NCBI RefSeq assembly: GCF_001457595.1 | Contig: NZ_LN831039.1 | Location: 4,530,001-4,562,000 of the forward strand | DNA: 32,000 nucleotides | Source of the DNA: Mycolicibacterium smegmatis | Lineage (GTDB): Bacteria; Actinomycetota; Actinomycetes; Mycobacteriales; Mycobacteriaceae | Reading direction: 5' to 3' | Position numbers and translations under genes: made by a program | Shown: positions 7,914 through 18,051 of the stretch, one piece after another | Numbering within the stretch: the first letter of the stretch is position 1 | Layout of the letters: each line of letters starts with the position of its first letter | The notes under the pieces: model-generated | The model's input: only the letters and a program-made list of their open reading frames with translations | Databases searched by the model: none | What the model was told of the DNA's origin: nothing

Positions 7914-9467
7914 ATGGCCACCACCGAACCCGTACCGGTCACCCCCAGAGTCACCGAGGTCGAGCAACACGGCGTCGAACCGATTCCCGACGCCGAACGC
8001 ACGGCGCGCCCGCTCGATCTGTTCCGTCTGGTGTTCGGCGGCGCGAACACCATCGCGACCGTGGTGCTGGGCACCTTCCCCATCATCTTCGGCCTGTCGT
8101 TCCGTGACGCCTTGCTCGCCACGCTCGCGGGCCTGGTTCTCGGTGCGCTGATCCTCGCGCCGATGTCACTGTTCGGCCCGCGCAACGGCACCAACAACGC
8201 GGTGTCCTCATCGGCACACCTCGGCGTCCACGGCCGCGTCGTGGGGTCATTCCTGTCGCTTCTGACCGCGGTCGCGTTCTTCTCGATCTCGGTGTGGACC
8301 TCCGGCGATGTGCTCGTCGGCGGCGCCAACCGGGCGATCGACGTGCCCCAGAACGACATCGCCGTGGGTGTCGCCTACGGCATCTTCGCGGTGCTGGTGC
8401 TCGTGGTGTGCATCTACGGCTTCCGATTCATGCTGCTGGTCAACAAGATTGCCGTGATCGCGGCGACATTGCTCTTCCTGGCAGGGGTTTTCGCGTTCGG
8501 CGGCGTGTTCGACGCGGGCTATGCCGGCAGCGTGGCGCTCGGTGATCCGCTGTTCTGGCCGTCATTCGTCGGCGCCGCGCTCATCGTGATGTCCAACCCG
8601 GTGTCGTTCGGGGCGTTCCTCGGTGACTGGGCGCGCTACATCCCGCGCGACACCCCGTCGTGGAAGCCCATGCTCGCGGCGTTCTCCGCCCAGATCGCGA
8701 CGCTGGTGCCATTCCTGTTCGGTCTGGTCACCGCGACCGTGATCGCCACCACCGCACCGGATTACATCGCAAACGGTGACTACGTCGGTGGCCTGCTGAG
8801 CGTCTCGCCAGGCTGGTACTTCGTGCCGGTGTGCCTGATCGCGCTGATCGGTGGCATGTCCACCGGCACCACCGCGCTGTACGGCACGGGTCTGGACTTC
8901 TCCAGCGTGTTCCCCAAGTTCAGCCGTGTGCAGGCCACGATCTTCATCGGCTCGATCGCGATCGTGTTCATCTTCATCGGCCGCTTCGCCTTCAATGTGG
9001 TGCAGAGCATCTCGACGTTCGCGGTGCTGATCGTGACGTGCACCGCGCCGTGGATGGTCGTGATGATGATCGGCTGGTTCACCCGCCGCGGCTGGTACGA
9101 CTCGGACGCGCTGCAGGTGTTCAACCGCCGCCAGCGCGGTGGGCGGTACTGGTTCGACCACGGCTGGAACTGGCGCGGCCTGACCGCGTGGCTCATCTCG
9201 GCCGCACTGTCCATCTGCTTCGTGAACCTGCCCGACCAGTTCGTCGGCCCGCTCGGCAATCTCGCCGACGGCATCGACCTGTCCATCCCGGTGGGCCTCG
9301 GCCTGGCCGCGGTGCTCTACCCGGTGCTGCTGTGGCTCTCCCCCGAACCGCGTGACGCCTTCGGGCCGGACGGCCCGCGCGGCGTCCCGTCCGGCGCCCC
9401 CGCCAACACCCCGATCGTGTCCCAGGACGCGGTGATCTCCACCCACACAGAGGAAGTTCCAGCATGA
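7914..9467 (+). CDS. NCS1-type purine/cytosine permease-family transporter
   Basis: Multi-pass protein with [28 protein letters not shown] and [14 protein letters not shown], resembling cytosine permease-like NCS1 proteins. Divergent from the Lrp-like regulator. Confidence 0.85.
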   Translation: MATTEPVPVTPRVTEVEQHGVEPIPDAERTARPLDLFRLVFGGANTIATVVLGTFPIIFGLSFRDALLATLAGLVLGALILAPMSLFGPRNGTNNAVSSSAHLGVHGRVVGSFLSLLTAVAFFSISVWTSGDVLVGGANRAIDVPQNDIAVGVAYGIFAVLVLVVCIYGFRFMLLVNKIAVIAATLLFLAGVFAFGGVFDAGYAGSVALGDPLFWPSFVGAALIVMSNPVSFGAFLGDWARYIPRDTPSWKPMLAAFSAQIATLVPFLFGLVTATVIATTAPDYIANGDYVGGLLSVSPGWYFVPVCLIALIGGMSTGTTALYGTGLDFSSVFPKFSRVQATIFIGSIAIVFIFIGRFAFNVVQSISTFAVLIVTCTAPWMVVMMIGWFTRRGWYDSDALQVFNRRQRGGRYWFDHGWNWRGLTAWLISAALSICFVNLPDQFVGPLGNLADGIDLSIPVGLGLAAVLYPVLLWLSPEPRDAFGPDGPRGVPSGAPANTPIVSQDAVISTHTEEVPA

Positions 9468-10423
9468 CCGCCACCAGCACCCCCATCGGCCCCGTCGACG
9501 CCTCCAAGGTGCCGCGTTTCGCCGGGCCGGCGACGTTCGCGCGCCTTCCGCGCCTGGACCAGGTGACCAAGGCCGACGTCGTGATCGCCGGTGTGCCGTT
9601 CGACACCGGTGTGTCCTACCGCCCCGGCGCCCGCTTCGGCCCCACCCACGTGCGCGAGTCCTCGCGCCTGCTGCGGCCCTACAACCCCGGCCTGGACGTG
9701 TCGCCGTTCGAGGTCGTACAGGTCGCCGACGCCGGCGACGTCGCGGTGAACCCGTTCAACATCCACGAGGCCATCGAGACCATCGAGGGCGCCGCACGCG
9801 ACATCACCGCCGACGGAAAGAAACTCGTGACCATCGGCGGCGACCACACGATCGCGCTGCCCTTGCTGCGCGCGGCGGCCGCCAAGCACGGTCCCGTCGC
9901 GCTCGTGCATTTCGACGCCCACCTCGACACGTGGGACACCTATTTCGGCGCCGAGTACACTCACGGCACCCCGTTCCGCCGCGCGGTCGAGGAAGGCATC
10001 CTCGACACCGAGGCGCTGTCGCACGTCGGCACCCGCGGTCCGCTGTACGGCAAGAAGGACCTCGAGGACGACCGGCGTTTCGGGTTCGGCATCGTCACGT
10101 CGTCCGACGTCTACTACCAGGGCGTGCGGGAGGTCGTCGACAAGCTGCGCCAACGCGTCGGCAACCGGCCGGTCTACCTGTCGATCGACATCGACGTGCT
10201 CGACCCGGCCCACGCACCCGGCACCGGCACGCCCGAGGCCGGCGGCATGACCAGCCGCGAACTGCTGGAGATCCTGCGCGGTTTCCGCGGTCTCAACCTC
10301 GTGGGCGCAGACGTCGTCGAGGTGGCCCCGGCCTACGACCATGCCGAGATGACGGGTGTGGCCGCCGCGCACGTCGCCTACGACCTGGTGTCGCTGCTCG
10401 CCCTCGGCCCCGACGAAGCCTGA
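9464..10423 (+). CDS. Ureohydrolase of the agmatinase/guanidinobutyrase family
   Basis: Complete metal-binding motifs: [14 protein letters not shown] and [26 protein letters not shown] overlap with the upstream permease gene. Confidence 0.92.
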   Translation: MTATSTPIGPVDASKVPRFAGPATFARLPRLDQVTKADVVIAGVPFDTGVSYRPGARFGPTHVRESSRLLRPYNPGLDVSPFEVVQVADAGDVAVNPFNIHEAIETIEGAARDITADGKKLVTIGGDHTIALPLLRAAAAKHGPVALVHFDAHLDTWDTYFGAEYTHGTPFRRAVEEGILDTEALSHVGTRGPLYGKKDLEDDRRFGFGIVTSSDVYYQGVREVVDKLRQRVGNRPVYLSIDIDVLDPAHAPGTGTPEAGGMTSRELLEILRGFRGLNLVGADVVEVAPAYDHAEMTGVAAAHVAYDLVSLLALGPDEA

Positions 10424-12045
10424 TGAGCGCACGCAACGGTGGTGACGTCGTCGTCGAAACCCTGACGGCACTGGGCGTCTCGCACGTCTTCGGCATTCCC
10501 GGGCAGAACGCGCTGGGTCTGTTCGACGCGATCCGCCGCAGCAAGCTGACCTTCATCAGTTCGCGGGTGGAGAACAACTCGGCGTTCGGCGCCGACGGCT
10601 ACAGCCGCGCCACGGGCGACGTCGGCGTGCTGTTCCTGTCCACCGGGCCCGGTGCGCTCACCGCGCTCGGCGCCCTGCAGGAGGCCCACGCCACCGGGGT
10701 TCCGGTGCTGGTGATCGCCAGCCAGGTGCCCCGGGCCGGCATGGGCCTGCGGCGCGGCATGCTGCACCAACTCGACGACCAGAAGGCCAGCGCCGCCAAC
10801 GTCACCAAGAGCACGGCCGTGGCCCGCGACGCCGCGGCGATCCCGAGCCTCATCGCCGACGCCTACGAACTGGCGTTGTCGGCGCCGGCAGGCCCGGTGT
10901 GGGTCGAGATCCCGCAGGACGTGCTGACCGAGCCCACGTCGGTGCCGCCCGTGTCCACGCTCACGGTGCACCCCACCTACCGGTCCCCGCGGCCCGAACT
11001 CGTCGACGCCGCAGCGGATCTGCTCAACGGTGCGCGGCGGCCCGTCATTCTCGCCGGCGGCGGTGTACGGCGCTCCCCCGGTGGGCCGGCCGCGCTGGTG
11101 GAGTTCGCCGAGGCCCTCGGCGCCCCGGTGGTGTCGACGGTCGGGGGCAAGGGCGCCATCGCATTCGACCATCCGCTGTCGGCGGCATCGTGGATCGAGG
11201 ACCGTCACACCACCGCGCTGCTCGAAGACGCCGACGTGCTGGTGGCGGTCGGCACCGCCATGGGCGAGGTCACCAGCAACTACTTCACGTTCGCGCCGCG
11301 CGGACAGCTCATCCATATCGACGCCGAAGCCCGTGTGTTGCAGGCCAATCACCCGGCGCTGGCGATGCACGCCGACGCCGCACAGGCGCTGAACGCTCTG
11401 ACGCCGCGCGTACACCCGCGTGACGATGCCGAGGGCGCGCGCACCGCGGCGGCCCTGCGAAAAGCCGTGCAGGACCGCCTCTCCGCACAGGATCTGGGTA
11501 CCGAGCAGAAGCTGATGCGCGACCTGCGGACCGCCGTGCCCGCGAGCACGCACACATTCTGGGACATGACCATCGCCGGCTACTGGGCGTGGTCGGCCTG
11601 GGATCCGCAGCAGGGTGAATTCCATTCCGCCCAGGGTGCAGGCGGTCTCGGCTTCGCGTTTCCGGCCGCGCTGGCCGCCGCGATCGCGACGGGTCGACGC
11701 ACGTTCGCGGTGTCCGGCGACGGCGGCGCGATGTACTCGATCGCCGAACTCGCCACCGCGCGCCAGCACGACGCCGACATCACGTGGCTCGTCGTCGACG
11801 ACGGCGGCTACGGAATCCTGCGCGAGTACATGACCGCGGAGTTCGGCGCCGCGACCGCCACCGAACTGGCCCGGCCCGACTTCGCGCGCCTGGCAGAAAG
11901 TTTCGGCATTCCTGCACACACCGCGACCATCGACGACGTCGGTGACCTGGTCGCGGCCTCATTCGAACACGACGGACCGACAGTCATCGTCCTGCCCGCC
12001 GTCCTGCAGATGTTCGCCCCCACCCACCTCCCACCTAAGGAATGA
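10423..12045 (+). CDS. Thiamine-pyrophosphate-dependent enzyme, acetolactate-synthase-like; candidate 5-guanidino-2-oxopentanoate (2-ketoarginine) decarboxylase
   Basis: [28 protein letters not shown]...VENNSAFGADGYSRATG and the C-terminal GDGGAMYSIAELATA...VVDDGGYG. Family assignment is strong; the specific substrate is inferred from the neighbouring ureohydrolase. Confidence 0.85.
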   Translation: MSARNGGDVVVETLTALGVSHVFGIPGQNALGLFDAIRRSKLTFISSRVENNSAFGADGYSRATGDVGVLFLSTGPGALTALGALQEAHATGVPVLVIASQVPRAGMGLRRGMLHQLDDQKASAANVTKSTAVARDAAAIPSLIADAYELALSAPAGPVWVEIPQDVLTEPTSVPPVSTLTVHPTYRSPRPELVDAAADLLNGARRPVILAGGGVRRSPGGPAALVEFAEALGAPVVSTVGGKGAIAFDHPLSAASWIEDRHTTALLEDADVLVAVGTAMGEVTSNYFTFAPRGQLIHIDAEARVLQANHPALAMHADAAQALNALTPRVHPRDDAEGARTAAALRKAVQDRLSAQDLGTEQKLMRDLRTAVPASTHTFWDMTIAGYWAWSAWDPQQGEFHSAQGAGGLGFAFPAALAAAIATGRRTFAVSGDGGAMYSIAELATARQHDADITWLVVDDGGYGILREYMTAEFGAATATELARPDFARLAESFGIPAHTATIDDVGDLVAASFEHDGPTVIVLPAVLQMFAPTHLPPKE

Positions 12046-12049
12046 CATC

Positions 12050-13537
12050 GTGGGCAAACCGCTCGATATCGCCATCGTCGCCGTCTACCTGATCGCCATG
12101 CTGGCGTTCGGTTTCTGGGGCAAGACCCGCACCAAGGATTCGGCCGACTTCCTGGTGGCCGGACGCCGTCTCGGCCCGACCCTCTACACCGGCACCATGG
12201 CCGCGGTGGTGCTCGGCGGCGCCTCGACCGTCGGCGGCGTGGGCCTGGGCTACAAGTGGGGCCTGTCCGGCATGTGGCTGGTGGTCGCGATCGCCGTCGG
12301 CCTGCTGGCGCTGAGCCTGCTGTTCGCCGGGCGCATCCAGCGCCTGAAGGTGTACACGGTCGCGCAGATGCTGAGCCTGCGCTACGGCGTGGACGCCACC
12401 TCGGCCTCGGGCGTGGTGATGGTCACCTACACGCTGATGCTGTCGGTCACCTCCACGATCGCCTACGCGACGGTGTTCAACGTCCTGTTCGGCACGGGCC
12501 GAACGGTTTCCGTGCTCATCGGCGGTGCCGTGGTCATGCTGTACTCGTCGATCGGCGGCATGTGGTCGATCACGCTCACCGACATGGTGCAGTTCATCCT
12601 CAAGACCATCGGCGTGTTCTTCCTGCTGTTGCCGTTCACGTGGAACCGGGCCGGCGGCCTCGACGGCATCCGCGAACGCGCAGGCGACGCGGTGTTCAGC
12701 CTCACCGCGATCGGCACCGAGACCATCATCACGTTCTTCGTGGTCTACAGCTTCGGAATGCTGATCGGGCAGGACATCTGGCAACGCGTGTTCACCGCAC
12801 GCTCACCGCAGGTCGCCAAGTGGGGCGGCACCACCGCGGCCCTGTACTGCGTGGCCTACGGCGTGGCGGGCGCGTTGATCGGTGCGGCCGCGTCGACCTT
12901 CCTTCCCGACGTGGAGGCCAAGGACGACGTCTACGCCCAGATCGCCGAATCGATTCTGCCCGTGGGCATCAGCGGCCTGGTGCTGGCCGCCGCGGTCGCG
13001 GCGATGATGTCGACGGCCTCGGGCGCGCTGATCGCCACCGCGACCGTCGCGCGCACCGACGTCCGGCCGCTGCTGTTGCGCCTCGTCGGCCGCCGCACCG
13101 AAACCGTCACCGACGACCCGAGTCTGGAGGTCCATGCCGACCGCCGCTACGTGGTGGTGCTGGGCATCGTCGTCATCGTCATCGCGGCCCTGCTCAACGA
13201 CGTGGTCGGCGCCCTGACCATCGCCTACGACATTCTGGTCGGCGGCCTGCTGGTGCCGATCCTCGGCGGGTTCGTGTGGAAACGCGCGACCGGTGCCGGT
13301 GCGCTCGTCGCGATGGGTGTGGGCACCGTGGTGACACTGGGCACCATGGCCATCGTCGGCGATGTGCTGGCCAACGACCCGATCTACTGGGGTCTGGCGA
13401 CCAGCCTGGTGGCCTACGTGGCGGTGAGCCTCGCGACCACCCGCACGCCCGCACCGGTGTTGCAGGTGTGGAACGACCGCCTGGCCGGTCGCGACCAGAC
13501 CGCTACTGCCGGCGAGATTCCCACGGCCACGTCATGA
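12050..13537 (+). CDS. Sodium:solute symporter (SSS family)
   Basis: GKPLDIAIVAVYLIAMLAFGFWGKTRTKDSADFLVAGRRLGPTLYTGTMAAVVLGGASTVGGVGLGYKWG is typical of SSS permeases. GTG start at 12050. Confidence 0.87.
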   Translation: MGKPLDIAIVAVYLIAMLAFGFWGKTRTKDSADFLVAGRRLGPTLYTGTMAAVVLGGASTVGGVGLGYKWGLSGMWLVVAIAVGLLALSLLFAGRIQRLKVYTVAQMLSLRYGVDATSASGVVMVTYTLMLSVTSTIAYATVFNVLFGTGRTVSVLIGGAVVMLYSSIGGMWSITLTDMVQFILKTIGVFFLLLPFTWNRAGGLDGIRERAGDAVFSLTAIGTETIITFFVVYSFGMLIGQDIWQRVFTARSPQVAKWGGTTAALYCVAYGVAGALIGAAASTFLPDVEAKDDVYAQIAESILPVGISGLVLAAAVAAMMSTASGALIATATVARTDVRPLLLRLVGRRTETVTDDPSLEVHADRRYVVVLGIVVIVIAALLNDVVGALTIAYDILVGGLLVPILGGFVWKRATGAGALVAMGVGTVVTLGTMAIVGDVLANDPIYWGLATSLVAYVAVSLATTRTPAPVLQVWNDRLAGRDQTATAGEIPTATS

Positions 13538-14189
13538 GTGCCCACACGACCAGCACCAGTGCGCTCGCGGTCAGCACGTACACCGGCCACGGGCCCATCA
13601 CGTCGAGCAGTGATGCGGTCGCGGGTTTGGCGTTGAGGAAGCCGTAGTTGGTGCCCGCGATGCCGTTGAACGCCATGGTGACCGCGGTCCACGTCGCGGT
13701 CACCACCACGGCGAAGCGGTAACTGCGCCACGTGGGGCGCATGCCACGTCCCCAGCACAGGTAGATCGCAGCCCACACCACCAGCAGGTGGATCGACCAG
13801 AACGCCAGGAATTCGTGGTGGGGGAAATCCGGGCTCTTGAGCACGGGGGAGATCAGCGCCTGCGCGCTGAGTGTCAGGCCCCAGTAGTAGGTCAGCTCGA
13901 ACGCCCACTGCCGCTGCGACCAGAACGCGTACGCCCCGGCGACCGTGGCCAGGTCGGTCAGGCGCAGCGGCACCGACCGTTGCAGCGTCGGCGGGATCCA
14001 CGTGTAGACCAGCATCGCGACGTAGATCGCGGCGGTCACCCCGCCGAGGACCCGCCCCAGCACCCGCGCCTGGCGCTCGGTCTGCCTGCGCCCCAGCCAC
14101 ACGAGCACCACGGCCACGATCACGAACACGGCGATCGCCGACCAGTACGACGGCCCGTAGGCCGTGAACTGCCGCTGCGCCGCGTTCAT
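13503..14189 (-). CDS. YwaF/TIGR02206-family integral membrane protein
   Basis: Multiple TM helices with FELTYYWGLTLSAQALISP, FPHHEFLAFWSIHLLVVWAAIYLCWG and FNGIAGTNYGFLNAKPATASLLDVMGPWPVYV. Its 3' end overlaps the symporter gene by 35 bp (convergent). Confidence 0.78.
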   Translation of the reverse strand: MNAAQRQFTAYGPSYWSAIAVFVIVAVVLVWLGRRQTERQARVLGRVLGGVTAAIYVAMLVYTWIPPTLQRSVPLRLTDLATVAGAYAFWSQRQWAFELTYYWGLTLSAQALISPVLKSPDFPHHEFLAFWSIHLLVVWAAIYLCWGRGMRPTWRSYRFAVVVTATWTAVTMAFNGIAGTNYGFLNAKPATASLLDVMGPWPVYVLTASALVLVVWALMTWPWESRRQ

Positions 14190-14231
14190 CTCGTCAGCTC
14201 ATCGCAGTGTCATCGCTGTGTCATCGCAGTG

Positions 14232-15593
14232 TCACTGCGCCTGGCTCACCGACGACATGTGGAAATCGGGGATGCGCAGGGTGGGCATCGCAGACCTGGT
14301 CGCCCAGTCGCCCCACTCGCGTGGCAGTGTGCGCTCGCTGATGCCCGCCTCGCTCGCGCGCCGCAACAGATCCAGCGGGCTCTCGTTGAAGCGGAAGTTG
14401 TTGACCGCCGCGGTGACCTCACCGTCCTCGATGAGATACACCCCGTCACGCGTGAGACCCGTCAACAACAGCACGGTCGGATCCACCACGCGGATGTACC
14501 ACAGCGTGGTCAGCAGCAGACCGCGTTCGGTGGCCGCGATCATGTCGGCCAGTTCGGTTGTGCCACCGGTCATCAGCAGGTTGTCGGCGGGTGCGGTGAC
14601 CGGCGCGTTGTACTCGGCGGCAACCGCGCGCGGGTAGGCCAGCGCGTTGATCACGCCGTCTTTGATCCAGTCGACGCGGCCGATGTCCATTCCGTTGTCG
14701 AAAATCGACACGCGCTCCGACGAACTGGGCACCGCGACGAACGGTTGGCACTCAAGGGATTCCGCGAAAGGATCGGAGTACAGCGTGAGCGGGAGATCGG
14801 TGAGCTTCTCCCCCACGCGGGTTCCGCCGGGCGCCGACAGCGCGGTACGTCCCTCGTGCGCGCCGCGGCCGTCCATGGTCCAGGTCAGGTAGATCATCAT
14901 GTCGGCCACGGTCGACGGCGGCATGATGGTCTCGTAGCGTCCGGCGGGCAGTTCCACGGTGCGTTCGGCCCACCCCAGCCGCAGCGAAAGATCGTCGAGC
15001 AGCGAATCAACCTGCACATCAAGGAAATCCGCGGTGCTCACGCCGGCCCACGCGCTGGCGCCGTTGCGCTTGGCGTTGATCTCCACCGAGCCGGTCGGCT
15101 GGGTGTAGCGCCGCCGCAGCCCGGTCGACGTGGCCACGAACGTCGTCTCCAGCACGTGACGGGCGTACCCGTACAACTGGTCGGTACCACGGAACGCCTT
15201 GGCGAGGTCCGGGGCGATACCGGTGAACACCTGCGCGCCGGTGCCGGGAACCGGTGCGTCCCAGTCGGCAGGCCCATCGTCGGCGGGCAGCGGCGGCGCG
15301 GCGTCGCGGGCCTCGGGCGCGTCGAGGGCCGCGCGCTGCGCGGCGGCCACGAGGTCGGGGATCACGGCCGGGTCGACGTCGCTGGTGCGCATCGATCCGA
15401 CGTGGGCCTTGCTCCCGCGCCGCACGATCGAGATGACGGTCGTGTTCCGGCTGACGGTTTCACCGTTGGTGGTCATCGAGTTGTTCGCCCAGCGCAGTGA
15501 CGCGTCGGCGCGGTCGGTGACCACCACGATGGTCTCCGTGCCGGAATCGGCTGCGCCGAGGGCGATGTCGACGACCTGCTGTGCGCCGATCAT
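14232..15593 (-). CDS. TldE/PmbA-like metallopeptidase partner protein
   Basis: TldD/PmbA family protein with no HExxxH motif, directly downstream of and overlapping (ATGA) the TldD-like gene. Confidence 0.85.
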   Translation of the reverse strand: MIGAQQVVDIALGAADSGTETIVVVTDRADASLRWANNSMTTNGETVSRNTTVISIVRRGSKAHVGSMRTSDVDPAVIPDLVAAAQRAALDAPEARDAAPPLPADDGPADWDAPVPGTGAQVFTGIAPDLAKAFRGTDQLYGYARHVLETTFVATSTGLRRRYTQPTGSVEINAKRNGASAWAGVSTADFLDVQVDSLLDDLSLRLGWAERTVELPAGRYETIMPPSTVADMMIYLTWTMDGRGAHEGRTALSAPGGTRVGEKLTDLPLTLYSDPFAESLECQPFVAVPSSSERVSIFDNGMDIGRVDWIKDGVINALAYPRAVAAEYNAPVTAPADNLLMTGGTTELADMIAATERGLLLTTLWYIRVVDPTVLLLTGLTRDGVYLIEDGEVTAAVNNFRFNESPLDLLRRASEAGISERTLPREWGDWATRSAMPTLRIPDFHMSSVSQAQ

Positions 15594-17107
15594 CGTCCGG
15601 CCTCCGTTCGGGTGTTGAGCACGTTGACGCCGCGGAACAGCGCGCTCGGGCAGCCGTGGCTGACCGGCGCGACCTGCCCCGGCTGGGCCTTGCCGCAGTT
15701 GAAGGCCCCACCGAGACGCCATGTCGACGGTCCGCCCACAGCTTCCATCGAACCCCAGAAGTCGGTGGTGGTGGCCTGGTAGGCGACGTCACGCACCTGG
15801 CCGTCGAGCCTGCCATTGCGGATGCGGTAGAACCGCTGCCCGGTGAACTGGAAGTTGTAGCGCTGCATGTCGATCGACCAGCTCTTGTCGCCGACGATGT
15901 AGAGACCGTCGGACACGCGTGCGATCAGGTCGTCGGTGCGCACGTCCTCGGCCGCGGGCTGCAGCGACACGTTGGCCATGCGCTGGATCGGCACGTGGTG
16001 CGGCGAGTCGGCATACGAGCAGCCGTTGGACCGCGTCTCCCCCAGGCGCGGCGCGAACACCCGGTCGAGTTGATAGCCGACGAAGACGCCGTCGCGCACC
16101 AGGTCCCAGCTCTGCGAGCGCACACCCTCGTCGTCGAATCCGACTGTCGCCAGGCCGTGTTCGACCGTGCGGTCGGCGGTCACGTTCATCACCTCGGAGC
16201 CGTAGCGCATGGTGCCGAGTTTGTCCGGGGTCGCAAACGACGTTCCGGCATAGGCGGCCTCGTAGCCGATGGCACGGTCGTATTCGGTGGCGTGGCCGAT
16301 GGATTCGTGGATGGTGAGCCACAGGTTGGTCGGGTCGATCACCAGGTCCGTCGGCCCCGCGACGACCGACGGGGCCTTGGTCTTCTCGGCGAGCAGCGTC
16401 GGCAACTCGGCCAGCTCCCCGGCCCAGTCCCAGACGTCGGCGTCGGTCACGGCCTCCCAGCCGCGGCCCATGGGCGGGGCCAGCGCGCGCATGGTTTCGA
16501 ACGACCCGGCGGCCGAGTCGACCGCGACGGCCTCCAGCGTCGGCTGCACCCGTACGCGCTGCTGGGTGATCGACGAGCCGAACGTGTCGGCATAGAACGT
16601 CTGCTCCTTGACGGCGTGCACGGCCGCTGACACATGGTCGACGCCGTCAGCTGCCAGGAGCCGCCCGGAGTAGTCGTCGAGCACGGCGATCTTGTCGGCC
16701 GCCGACACGCCGAACGGGTCCACGCGATAGTTCGACACCCACGTCGCGTCGCGGTAGACGGGCTCGGGGGCAAGTTCGATGCGTTCGCCGTTGAGCGGTG
16801 CGAGGGCCGTCGCGACCGCCACGGCGCGGCGTGCGGTCTCGGCGGCGACGTCCTGGTCGAGTTCGGCGTTGGAGGCGAAACCCCACGTGCCGTCCACGAT
16901 CACCCGCACCGCCAGCCCGATCTCGCGGTCGTAAACCGAGGTCTCCAGCTCACCGTCGCGCAGCTGGATGATCTCGGTGGTGATGCGGTGTATCCGCAGA
17001 TCCGCGTAACTGGCGCCGGCGGCGACCGCGGCCGAGAGCGCCGCGTCCGCCAACTCGTGGCGTGGCAGACCGAGGAAGTCGGCGTCCACTTGTCGCTGAG
17101 CTGTCAC
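15590..17107 (-). CDS. tldD: TldD-like zinc metallopeptidase
   Basis: Contains NLWLTIHESIGHATEYDRAIG with the HExxxH zinc motif, and YADSPHHVPIQRMANVSLQP. Confidence 0.88.
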   Translation of the reverse strand: MTAQRQVDADFLGLPRHELADAALSAAVAAGASYADLRIHRITTEIIQLRDGELETSVYDREIGLAVRVIVDGTWGFASNAELDQDVAAETARRAVAVATALAPLNGERIELAPEPVYRDATWVSNYRVDPFGVSAADKIAVLDDYSGRLLAADGVDHVSAAVHAVKEQTFYADTFGSSITQQRVRVQPTLEAVAVDSAAGSFETMRALAPPMGRGWEAVTDADVWDWAGELAELPTLLAEKTKAPSVVAGPTDLVIDPTNLWLTIHESIGHATEYDRAIGYEAAYAGTSFATPDKLGTMRYGSEVMNVTADRTVEHGLATVGFDDEGVRSQSWDLVRDGVFVGYQLDRVFAPRLGETRSNGCSYADSPHHVPIQRMANVSLQPAAEDVRTDDLIARVSDGLYIVGDKSWSIDMQRYNFQFTGQRFYRIRNGRLDGQVRDVAYQATTTDFWGSMEAVGGPSTWRLGGAFNCGKAQPGQVAPVSHGCPSALFRGVNVLNTRTEAGR

Positions 17108-17169
17108 GGTTCCCCACGGTAGCGGCGCGCGGCGCCGTACACCCCGTCAAGGGAGCGGGTGTCGCGCGG

Positions 17170-17940
17170 TCAGGCCGCGCCCGCGGCCTGCACGACTGTC
17201 GCTGAGCCGCCGGTCACCTGCCGGGCGGCGAAGTCCGCGGCCTGCACCGCCATGCCGTTGGACTTGTAGGAGCTGTGCGCGGCGCGGTCCAAACCACCGG
17301 GGAAGCACACCGGATCACCCGTGGCGCACAGCTGCATCGTCTTGGGGACGTAGGACTGCCCGATCGTGATGGGCGGCGCGTTGCGGTCGGCCAGGTTCAC
17401 CACCCAGTCCTTCGGCGTGCCGAACAGCACCACCGCGGCGACGTGCGATGCGGTCGCCGCCGGCATCGGACCGTTGATGCCCGCGGGCAGTGTGTAACCG
17501 GCGGGCAGGCTGCTGGTGGTGGTGTAGCCCGCGACCGCGGCGCCCTGCGAGTAACCGCCCAGCACGATGTCGGTGGTCGGGCACTGTGCGGCCACAGTCT
17601 GGATCCGGTTGCTGGCGTCGGCGATCCCGGCCGCGGCCTGCGCGAAGTCCAGCGACGCCGGGTAGTTCACGGCGTACACGTCGACGCTTTTGCCGGGCAA
17701 CCGGTCCTTGAGCGCATCGACGAAAGCCTGTCCGGTCGCGCCGATCCCGGGTGCCTCGAACGTGCCGCGGGCGAACACCACCTCGACGTCGGCGCACGCG
17801 TTGTCCGCGGCGCTCGCGGTCGCGGCAGGCCCGGCCAGCATGCCGAACCCCGTCGCGGCCAGGGCCAGGGCCGGGAAGACCGCCGCACGTGCCACCTTGG
17901 TGATGACGTTCGCCCCGCCCGCTCGCTTCGATGCGCTCAT
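17170..17940 (-). CDS. Secreted cutinase-family serine esterase
   Basis: N-terminal signal sequence, then CADVEVVFARGTFEAPGIGATGQAFVDAL and GGYSQGAAVAG (G-Y-S-Q-G nucleophile). Confidence 0.9.
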   Translation of the reverse strand: MSASKRAGGANVITKVARAAVFPALALAATGFGMLAGPAATASAADNACADVEVVFARGTFEAPGIGATGQAFVDALKDRLPGKSVDVYAVNYPASLDFAQAAAGIADASNRIQTVAAQCPTTDIVLGGYSQGAAVAGYTTTSSLPAGYTLPAGINGPMPAATASHVAAVVLFGTPKDWVVNLADRNAPPITIGQSYVPKTMQLCATGDPVCFPGGLDRAAHSSYKSNGMAVQAADFAARQVTGGSATVVQAAGAA

Positions 17941-18051
17941 GTCTTCGGCCCCTCTGTCTCGTTTGCCCTCGCCTCGTCGCGGGTGGCTGCTACTTGCATC
18001 AATGACCGCCGGACGGATCAGATTCCGCCAAGATCAAGTGATGTACGCCAC

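Noticed and set aside
10378-11919. A 513-aa minus-strand ORF opposite the TPP enzyme
   Set aside because: It is a typical antisense GC-rich ORF. The plus strand has the full TPP-enzyme motifs and a coupled start.
9931-12045. A 704-aa version of the TPP enzyme starting at 9931
   Set aside because: The first 164 residues are Arg-rich noise overlapping the ureohydrolase in another frame. The family N-terminus (SARNGGDVVVETLTALGVSHVFGIPGQ) begins at 10423.
17139-17162. Weak inverted repeat ACACCC-N12-GGGTGT between the cutinase and tldD genes
   Set aside because: A 6-bp stem with a 12-nt loop is too weak to call a terminator or operator without supporting data.
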